Shown here: positions 1 through 6,893 of the stretch, piece by piece | How the letters are laid out: every line of letters begins with the position of its first letter | How positions within the stretch are numbered: the first letter of the stretch is position 1 | Assembly (NCBI GenBank): GCA_965224465.1 | Contig: OZ245049.1 | Location: forward strand, 4,770,001 to 4,802,000 | Direction of reading: 5' to 3' | From: Flavobacteriaceae bacterium | GTDB lineage: Bacteria; Bacteroidota; Bacteroidia; Flavobacteriales; Flavobacteriaceae | Length of the DNA: 32,000 bases | The notes under the pieces: model-generated | Seen by the model: only the letters and a program-made list of their open reading frames with translations | Databases searched by the model: none | What the model was told of the DNA's origin: nothing | Program-made: the position numbers and the translations under genes

Positions 1-9
1 TGTTAATAT

Positions 10-37
10 CTGCTCTCCCATGGCTTGTTTTTATTTT
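10..37 (-). repeat. 28-nt exact repeat, copy 1 (copy 2 at 3274..3301). On the minus strand it encodes KIKTSHGRA, the catalytic-His motif region of the hydrolase effector
   Basis: CTGCTCTCCCATGGCTTGTTTTTATTTT is identical at both sites, and the flanks diverge on both sides. In copy 1 the frame is preceded by an in-frame TAA and then runs off the left edge of the window. Confidence 0.8.
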
Positions 38-40
38 TTA

Positions 41-58
41 AACCCACTAGTGGGTTTA
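41..58. repeat. Perfect 18-nt palindrome AAACCCACTAGTGGGTTT
   Basis: Read directly. It sits 3 nt from repeat copy 1 and downstream of the 141..506 gene. There is no T-run after it on the minus strand, so it is not a canonical terminator. Confidence 0.7.
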
Positions 59-140
59 ATTCCCCGATGCTTGCATCAAAATGATTAAGGTTTTTTTGTT
101 TTTCATATCTCATGGGCTGTCCCGAGGTTATTGACTTATT

Positions 141-506
141 CTATTGCAAAACCTTATAAAAATGGATCTTATTTTTTTTATTTGGTAAACTATCAAAAGT
201 CAACTTCTTATTATCAACCTGGTATTTAGTTTTAAATAAAAAATTTTCATCAAAAATAGATTTAAAAATTATTGTGTTTTTTTTAATATGATACGTATAT
301 CTATATAAAGTATCTCCTTTACTTGTTAATATTAGATTTTTATCCTTAATAATTATCTCAGGATAATTAACTTCTTCTAATTTTAAATTTGCTTTCCAAT
401 TCCCCTGCAAATCGTTTGTCATGTTAAATTCATTTTGTTTTTCAATATGTGGTGGTTGTTTACATTGAAAAAAAATAATTACCATTATGCTAAGTGATTT
501 TCTCAT
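141..506 (-). CDS. Small lipoprotein, putative immunity protein for the upstream metallopeptidase toxin
   Basis: Intact 121-aa ORF with a signal peptide ending in Cys (MRKSLSIMVIIFFQC). Its start overlaps the toxin stop by 17 nt (490..506), the typical toxin-immunity arrangement. Confidence 0.55.
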   Translation of the reverse strand: MRKSLSIMVIIFFQCKQPPHIEKQNEFNMTNDLQGNWKANLKLEEVNYPEIIIKDKNLILTSKGDTLYRYTYHIKKNTIIFKSIFDENFLFKTKYQVDNKKLTFDSLPNKKNKIHFYKVLQ

Positions 507-807
507 GATATCTATTTGTTAAATTAGAAAGATTAGACCAATTATTCTTAAATATTAAATTTTCTATTTTCAAATCATCAATATTTTTCTTTAGTACTTT
601 TCTGTGTTTTGGGTTGATTGTTGATCCTTTTTCTCCAAGATTCACTTCAGCATTAGAATCGTATTGGAATCTTTTATCAACATAAGTTCCTCTAGGAAGC
701 ATAATATGTGGTGTTCCTTTACCGCGATAATCATGTCCTGTAGGGTGATCTAACCCCCAAGTATGTCCAAACTCATGTGCTTCCGTGGTAGAATTAGACT
801 TTTGAAT

Positions 808-815
808 ATTTTTTA
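808..815. repeat. Target-site duplication ATTTTTTA (left copy)
   Basis: The same 8-mer sits at 1806..1813, and both copies directly abut the IS inverted repeats. Confidence 0.8.
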
Positions 816-1805
816 TAGGGTTACCCTCTTAAGTCGCAATATATTTGATTGATTTATAGGTTATTGGTTTTTCTTTACACATTCTTTTTAGTAGGTTTTC
901 TAAGATGTTTTCTCTAAAATTGAGTCGATTAAATCGATAGAAATACTCTTGAATGTATTGATTTATATACTCTTTCTCACAATACGAATGAACGCCTCTT
1001 AACCAATTTTTAAAGTTTCTTATCTGAAAATGTAGCATCTTAAAATTCTCACCATTATTAGATAATATTTGTGTTAAATTTGGGAAGTTCTTTTTTAAAG
1101 GTTTATATCCTGACCAGCCATCTGTAACTATATTGGCATCAAACTTTATATGTTTCTCAAATATTGGTTTTAATGATTTGCAACTATAATCTTCTATCAC
1201 CTTTGCGTATGCTCTGCCTGGTTTACCATTTCTATTTTCAATGGCAATTACAACTCTAATTTTAGTAGCTGATTTACTACGTCCTTGCTCTCCTTTTTTT
1301 GGTGTACCTATTTCAAACTCGTCTACATGAACTTCTTTTTCTAAAGGATATTTCTCACTACTTTTCATTGCTTCTTGTACTTTTCTTCTAAACAACCAAG
1401 CTGTCATCTGTTTAACACCGTGCCTTTCTGCTAACCAAATACTATTCGCTCCTTTCTTACTGGTAACTATATCATAAGTCATTTCAAAGGCTTCTACAAT
1501 ACCAAATTTAACTTTATGAAATAGAGTGTTCGCAGTTGGAGACTCATCATATCCGCATTTTGTACAACGTCTATTATACGCTCTTTTTCCTTTTAAAAAC
1601 TTTGTGTTTTTACATTTAAAACAGGAAAAACCTTCTTCCCATTTTACAGATGATAAAAAAGATAAACATAAACTCTCTTCTCCAAACTTAGTGTGAAATT
1701 CTTTACGAGATAATTCTTTTAATATTTTCATAGCTTTCTTTTTCTAAAAGTAAAAAATCCTTTCAGAAAAACAAAATATTAGTGAGATTTAAATAGGTAA
1801 CCCTA
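816..1805 (-). mobile_element. IS1595-family insertion sequence (990 bp)
   Basis: Terminal inverted repeats TAGGGTTACCCTCTTAAGTCGCAAT (816..840) and the reverse complement of 1781..1805, TAGGGTTACCTATTTAAATCTCACT. They match at 19 of 25 positions, with the first 10 identical. There is a single transposase ORF and an 8-bp TSD. Confidence 0.85.
829..1731 (-). CDS. IS1595-family (ISXO2-like) DDE transposase with N-terminal zinc ribbon
   Basis: 300 aa. It has a CxxC...CxxC zinc ribbon (CFKCKNT..RRCTKCGYDES) and a VHVDEFEIG DDE-region motif. The stop codon lies inside the left IR. Confidence 0.85.
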   Translation of the reverse strand: MKILKELSRKEFHTKFGEESLCLSFLSSVKWEEGFSCFKCKNTKFLKGKRAYNRRCTKCGYDESPTANTLFHKVKFGIVEAFEMTYDIVTSKKGANSIWLAERHGVKQMTAWLFRRKVQEAMKSSEKYPLEKEVHVDEFEIGTPKKGEQGRSKSATKIRVVIAIENRNGKPGRAYAKVIEDYSCKSLKPIFEKHIKFDANIVTDGWSGYKPLKKNFPNLTQILSNNGENFKMLHFQIRNFKNWLRGVHSYCEKEYINQYIQEYFYRFNRLNFRENILENLLKRMCKEKPITYKSIKYIAT

Positions 1806-1813
1806 ATTTTTTA
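1806..1813. repeat. Target-site duplication ATTTTTTA (right copy)
   Basis: See 808..815. Confidence 0.8.
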
Positions 1814-2592
1814 ATTGAAAAAAACCTGTATTCGATTTTAAATCGTCTACATAAGATACAGATGCTTTAGTTTTATCTTCAATCCGAATAAATTTCTTCC
1901 ACTTATCTCTATTATTTCTAATGATATTTTTAATGTTACTATTTATTATTTTTCCTTTAATAGAAAATTTCACAGAATAACTTTCTCCTTTTATAACAAC
2001 TTTTCCTTTTGCATTATTCCACATCGATTCTATATCATTCGCCATTTGAAAAGCTAATGCCTTTGTTGCTTTTGAACCGTAAAACAAAATTTCATTATAT
2101 ATTTTTATAGTTTTCGTTTTAGTATTTAAAAATACTTCTCCCAACCTTTTACTTACCTTTATATTCAATATCAAAATATAATTCTATTTCATCACCATAA
2201 TCTTCAATAATATTTTCTCCCCATTTTTCAGGTATAGTAAATTCTATAAATCCTTTATTAGAGCTTATCGTTATGCTTTTTGGTCCTCCTTTTGGATAAT
2301 CGTCTTTATTTATCCAATCATCCCAATCTCTTAAAGTTAATTTTATTGTTTCTTTATCAATATTTTTAGTTCTTACATGAAAAAAAACTGTATCTCCTAA
2401 TTTTGCTTTATTTAATTTTTTTTCACCTTCTTTATCAGGTGACCACCATCCTTCTTCCAAACTAGGGGCTGTAGAATCACCTTCCAAATCATTAAAGCTG
2501 CTACTTACCTCCAGACTAATCCCTATATAAGCTTTCCCCGTATGATCTACTACTGCACTATACCGTGTTTTTTCTTCATTATTCATAAACTA

Positions 2593-2875
2593 ACTTTCTT
2601 TTTCTGGTTCTTCTTGATCTACTTCAAACTCAACTTTTTCGCCTGGTAAAATGTTTAATGTTGTTATTTCTAACCATGATTTCTTTTGAACAGTATCTTC
2701 TGTTTTTTATTTACTGCTTAAGGAATTGTATATGCTCTTAAAAATTTACCGAAAGATTCTGATAAAGTGAGTGTTAAATTTCACAACAAGCACAAAAACA
2801 TCTCTATCTACTTTTAAACCAGCTTCATTTTATTGAACCATTTTATCACCTGGCATGAAAAATATTTTTTGTTTT
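2593..2875 (-). pseudogene. Degraded coding remnants upstream of the toxin gene
   Basis: The minus strand gives short open stretches in shifting frames: KQKIFFMPGDKMVQ*, NEAGLKVDRDVFVLVVKFNTHF.., GKFLRAYTIP*, and KTEDTVQKKSWLEITTLNILPGEKVEFEVDQEEPEKES*. The last is in frame with the 2586 ATG, separated only by the TAG. Confidence 0.45.
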
Positions 2876-2888
2876 ACTATTAATTCTT

Positions 2889-3191
2889 TCACTTTTCTTT
2901 CCTATTAGTAATTCTATAGGCCACAAATAATTTTATGACTAATACTATAATTCCTAAAAAAATGGACAACCCGTTAGCGACAAATAAAGTATAAATTTTT
3001 GCTAAAGCAGAATACTCTTTATAGACGAGTTTTATGAAAAACAAACATAAAACATCTATAATAGGTATGATTAATATAGAGATAAATATTATTTTTAAAA
3101 AAGACATTCTTCTTTTTAATATTATAAAAACCAACGTATGATATCCTATAAATAATAATAATCCTGCTATATAAATATTATTAAACATCAT
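2889..3191 (-). CDS. Small integral membrane protein (about 3 TM segments), putative immunity protein for the hydrolase effector
   Basis: Intact 100-aa hydrophobic ORF. Its ATG overlaps the effector stop as TAATG (3189..3193). Confidence 0.55.
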   Translation of the reverse strand: MMFNNIYIAGLLLFIGYHTLVFIILKRRMSFLKIIFISILIIPIIDVLCLFFIKLVYKEYSALAKIYTLFVANGLSIFLGIIVLVIKLFVAYRITNRKEK

Positions 3192-3571
3192 TATTTTAGA
3201 TTGTTTTTTACTGATTCGTATAAGTAATCCATTGCCGATTTACCGTTCGCTATCTTACTTTTAAACATTTCACCTGCTCTCCCATGGCTTGTTTTTATTT
3301 TGCTGTTGATATCTGGTCCTTCAGAAACTTCCCATTGTTCTCCAAAATCAGCAACACCATCAGATTGATCTCTATTCTCTTCATCTGGAGTAGTTCTAAT
3401 ATTAATCCAAAAATTAGCTTTAGGTTTAGGCTTTCTATAATATATTGAAGACCCTATATAAACTAATGCTCCTTCTCCTACAGGATCTAAAGTGATTAAC
3501 ATCTTAACTGTATATTTTTTTTCGGATAATATCTTAGAAAGATGAGCCCCATTCCAACCACCCAAACTATG
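3191..3571 (-). pseudogene. Alpha/beta-hydrolase (lipase-like, Tle-type) effector lacking its N-terminal part
   Basis: The frame reads ..HSLGGWNGAHLS.. (GxSxG elbow, Ser codon at 3566..3568), LITLDPVG (Asp) and KTSHGRAG (His). There is no ATG start, and a stop lies 11 codons upstream of the motif. Confidence 0.65.
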
Positions 3572-3861
3572 GTGGGCGAATATCCTTTTATGATTAAATT
3601 ACCATTATGCCCATCCTTGTTCTCAAGGTTTATGGAACTTATATAACCTAAGAAATCGACGGTGCCAAAAGTTATAATTAATGATTTCCCTAGCCAATCC
3701 TTCGATTTATCTATGGTATGTCCTCCGGTTTCTTCTACCACATCATTGTCTAAAATAATTTCAAAAAAATGATGGTCATTTATTTTTTGAACTAAGTGTA
3801 TTTTAGTAAAACTTGTAATGGTTTTCCCGTCTATACTTAGGCTGGTTTTTGGTGCACTCAT
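3568..3861 (-). pseudogene. vgrG: VgrG N-terminal fragment (about 98 codons of an expected ~600)
   Basis: MSAPKTSLSIDGKTITSFTKIHLVQKINDHHFFEIILDNDVV..GNLIIKGYSPTI resembles Bacteroidota VgrG N-termini. After SPTI the frame reads hydrolase sequence out of frame and stops at 3496. Confidence 0.65.
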
Positions 3862-3987
3862 ATCTCTTTTTTTTGCAATTATTTTTATTACTAAAGCTAG
3901 AAAAACTAGGGGGATCCCTCTTGTTTTTGTTATTTAATACTGTAGAAAAGCATGCGTTTTTATTCAAAAAGCAAACGATTCCCAGTA

Positions 3988-4026
3988 CAAAAAAAGGAGT
4001 AAAGCAACTGCTCACTCCTTTTTTTA
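3988..4026 (-). terminator. Intrinsic terminator downstream of hcp
   Basis: Hairpin AGGAGT-AA-AGC/AACT/GCT-C-ACTCCT flanked by an A-run and a T-run, 16 nt past the reconstructed hcp stop at 4042. Confidence 0.6.
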
Positions 4027-4041
4027 CTATTTTTTAGGGTA

Positions 4042-4325
4042 CTATGCTTTTGGCCAACGATTATCGATGGATGCATTTCCGATGATAATTTCTTCGGCTG
4101 AAACTGTAAATCTAATTTTCCTTCTACGGATTTAAATTGACTGTTTAACATGGCTTCAATTACTGAAGTATCCTCTGTTGATTCAATTTCTACTGTAACT
4201 CTTCCTCCGATTACATTGGAAGATACTTTTCCTTTTTTGTCTGTTGAACGACTGAATGAATACTCTGAAAAAAGCACGTCAAATTTGGTACCACCTAATT
4301 CTAGGTGAGCTCTAAATGATCCCAT
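4042..4325 (-). pseudogene. tssD: T6SS tube protein Hcp/TssD (Bacteroidota type) with internal deletion and frameshift
   Basis: The N-terminus MGSFRAHLELGGTKFDVLFSEYSFSRSTDKKGKVSSNVIGGRVTVEIESTEDTSVIEAMLNSQFK is TssD-like. The typical C-terminus FTVSAEEIIIGNASIDNRWPKA* is in a different frame and ends at 4042. About 35 central residues are missing. Confidence 0.7.
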
Positions 4326-4712
4326 TAATTTGTTTTTTATAATTAGCAATTCTTTTTTAAAATCAATCCGCCTTTTTACTCCTATAAAAGTATTTTGATT
4401 TTATATGGTGCATTTAGAACAAATTCCCGAACAAAAAAACTGAAATTTTTAAAGCTTTCGTAAAGAAAATACGAAGCATAGATATTATATTACAGTTTAT
4501 TTTGGAAAGAAGAATAAGATTCTAAATCGCCATATCTATCACTAAATTAGCAGTTTAATTTGTTTTTGCCAAATAAATTAATTAAAAAACACAGGGATAA
4601 AAAACAAAAAGAGCGCCAGCATGAGTATTCGCTAGAATGTTGTCGTATTATTTTTTTTTATGAAATACCTCGCATTCTCTTAAATCAAGTATTGAGTTAA
4701 CGTATACCAACC

Positions 4713-4859
4713 ATTTCCAAGTGACGTTTTAGAAATAGAATTATTTTTTGTTCTAGCTAGGCGGAAATTATAAAGAAGCCATAGCTATCGTTCTGTTTTT
4801 CAACACAGCTAGCACGTAAAATAAACTATTTATATCGGTGTTTTAGATTGTAATTGATA
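4713..4859 (+). repeat. Intergenic repeat family A, copy A1
   Basis: Aligns with 11187..11328, 21694..21835 and 23670..23791. The shared core is CGTTCTGTTTTTCAACA(A/C)(C/A)GCTAGCACGTAAAA, followed by a hairpin and the GATTGTAATTG(G/A)TA box. Confidence 0.8.
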
Positions 4860-5006
4860 ACCGCCATCGCTACCACGATTGTATCGTGTAGCGACGAAAG
4901 CCGTGCGGTTATTTGTTTTTTATAGTATTGTAATGGGTAAAAAGAGCTCGTATTAGGGATTCTTAAGCTGCTACGGTCACACGATACAATTGAGAGCAGG
5001 GGCTAG
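4856..5006 (+). repeat. Intergenic repeat family B, copy B1
   Basis: Aligns with 9043..9207. The roughly 65-nt core (4908..4972 versus 9104..9170) differs by 3 substitutions and 2 small indels. There is a perfect 12-bp long-range inverted repeat (4878..4889 with 4979..4990) and a local extended hairpin at 4857..4912. Confidence 0.8.
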
Positions 5007-5084
5007 GGGGCATGTTCCGTTACAAAAAATGAGTACTCTTAATAATTAGAGGGGCAGCTTTCTCCGGAATATCCAAACACATAC

Positions 5085-6893
5085 TTACTCTTTTTTTATT
5101 AATTGTGCTTTGGAATTGTAAACCTCTCCATTATCAAGTTTATAGGTTCTTGCTCCACTACTTGGAATATAGATTGGAGTATCTGAATAAAGTAAAACTT
5201 CTCCTTTTTTGTTGATTATTTTATACTTTTTATCCGATTTAACAGTTGTGATCCCATCTATAAATTTTTCTGTTAATTTGAATTTAAATGGCAGTACTAC
5301 TTTTCCTGTTTTATCAATACATCCATAATTATCTCCATCTTTCGATACAAAAGCCAATCCTTCACTAAATTCATCATAATCTTTGTAGATTATAGGGGAT
5401 ATATTGGTTCCATTACTATTCATAAACCCATATTTCCCTTCTTTATTTTTTAAAGCTATCATTTTCCCTTCAGCATCATTAATTTGAGAAACATTGGGTA
5501 ATAATGTTTCATTTCCCAATGAATCAATTTTGAAATATTCTTTTTCAGTTCTTCCAAATTGCTGGCTATAAAGCTCATTAATTTCCCAATACTTATAGGT
5601 TGTAATTTGTTTGTTTCTGGAATCGAACAACGCAAAATTATCCTCATCGTTATTTTGTTGTATTGCTACAATTCCATTTTTAAGACTTATGATGTTATAT
5701 ACTAGTAGTGTGTCTAAACTTTTTAAAGAATCTTTTAAATGATAATAGTAATCATTATCTTCATAATAATTAGATGTTAAATGAGTCAAATTCTTATTTG
5801 TTGTTTTAAACAATTCTTTTCCTTTTGAATCTAGAAATAATGTTCCGTTTTCTAATGCTACTTCAATAACATCTTGTGATTTTATACTATTTACAGCTAT
5901 GAATTTTGAGCTTTTAGTTGTAGACTTGTTTTCAAAGTAAATTTTTATTTCGGCAACATTTCCCTTGTAATACATCTCTTTGTAACGAAATCCATCAGAT
6001 TTAAAAAAATCTAAATCTGCTAAATCTGCTCTTAAATAATTTTTTAATTCTTCAATAGTCTTGAATTTATTATTGTTTAACTTTTTTTCAATATTTTCAC
6101 CATATTTTAATGCCCTTTCAATCTTCTCTTCACGCTCTTCAATTGGAAAACCTCTGCTCGAAGAAGAAGAGGTTTTGTATAAAGCTTTCCCCTCGTTATT
6201 ATAAGCTTGTGTTTTTATAAAAGAAGGGATTGTATCCGATATTTTAAAATAGGCATAGTTTTTTTCAAGTTTAATTAATTCAATAATACCTCCTTTGTAA
6301 TTAATGATTGGGTTTTCAGGTGTTATCGAAATTGTTTTAAAATCATTAATATAATTTATTTCGTAAGCTATCTCAATACTGTCAATGATTGCTATTTTTC
6401 CCCAATCATACGAAAAATGGAAACTGACATTATTATTATTAATGTTTTCAGTGAGTACTTCTCCGTTTTTATAAAATATTTTTTTTGGAATAAATTCTTC
6501 TGTTACACCTTCGCCAAGGTTAACGAGACTTGTATAAGAATCGTTCCTGAAATTAAATTCCAAGTTGGTAATGTCATTTTCATAATCCTGCTCAAACTCA
6601 ATTGCATTGAATTGAGACAGAGCTATAGCTACATTTGTAGTGTCAATATTAAAAGCAGCTTCATATGTTTCTTCTTCAAAAAATTTGATTTCATTACTGG
6701 AAAAACTATCAAAAAATTCTAAAAACTTTTTTGCTGCAGTAATTTGCTTCGTAAACGTAACTTTTACTTCATCAATTGTCAAGCTATCTAAAACAGTTAA
6801 ATATTCTTCTAATTCCTCATTTTGTGTATTCACTTTGTCATTAGAACAACTAAAAAAAATCACTATAAATAGTATTTGTATTAATTTTCTCAT
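5085..6893 (-). CDS. Lipoprotein with C-terminal WG-containing (KWG-type) repeats, function unknown
   Basis: 602 aa. Lipobox MRKLIQILFIVIFFSC. The C-terminus has repeats such as GKYGFMNSNG.., GLAFVSKDGDNYGCIDKTGKVVLPFKF. Its start overlaps the upstream stop as ATGA. Confidence 0.7.
   Translation of the reverse strand: MRKLIQILFIVIFFSCSNDKVNTQNEELEEYLTVLDSLTIDEVKVTFTKQITAAKKFLEFFDSFSSNEIKFFEEETYEAAFNIDTTNVAIALSQFNAIEFEQDYENDITNLEFNFRNDSYTSLVNLGEGVTEEFIPKKIFYKNGEVLTENINNNNVSFHFSYDWGKIAIIDSIEIAYEINYINDFKTISITPENPIINYKGGIIELIKLEKNYAYFKISDTIPSFIKTQAYNNEGKALYKTSSSSSRGFPIEEREEKIERALKYGENIEKKLNNNKFKTIEELKNYLRADLADLDFFKSDGFRYKEMYYKGNVAEIKIYFENKSTTKSSKFIAVNSIKSQDVIEVALENGTLFLDSKGKELFKTTNKNLTHLTSNYYEDNDYYYHLKDSLKSLDTLLVYNIISLKNGIVAIQQNNDEDNFALFDSRNKQITTYKYWEINELYSQQFGRTEKEYFKIDSLGNETLLPNVSQINDAEGKMIALKNKEGKYGFMNSNGTNISPIIYKDYDEFSEGLAFVSKDGDNYGCIDKTGKVVLPFKFKLTEKFIDGITTVKSDKKYKIINKKGEVLLYSDTPIYIPSSGARTYKLDNGEVYNSKAQLIKKE

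Larger units (their letters stand above)
490..2592 (-). pseudogene. Polymorphic toxin with C-terminal metzincin-like zinc metallopeptidase domain, disrupted by three lesions
   Basis: The minus-strand frame at 490..807 reads ..NIQKSNSTTEAHEFGHTWGLDHPTGHDYRGKG.., which contains HExxHxxGxxH. The lesions are an IS at 816..1805, a frame change between ORFs 2149..2586 and 1806..2174, and an in-frame TAG at 2590..2592. Confidence 0.75.

Noticed and set aside
3803-4037. ORFs 3803..4015 (-) and 3849..4037 (+) between vgrG and hcp
   Set aside because: They span the hcp terminator hairpin and the vgrG start region, are low-complexity, and overlap each other on opposite strands.
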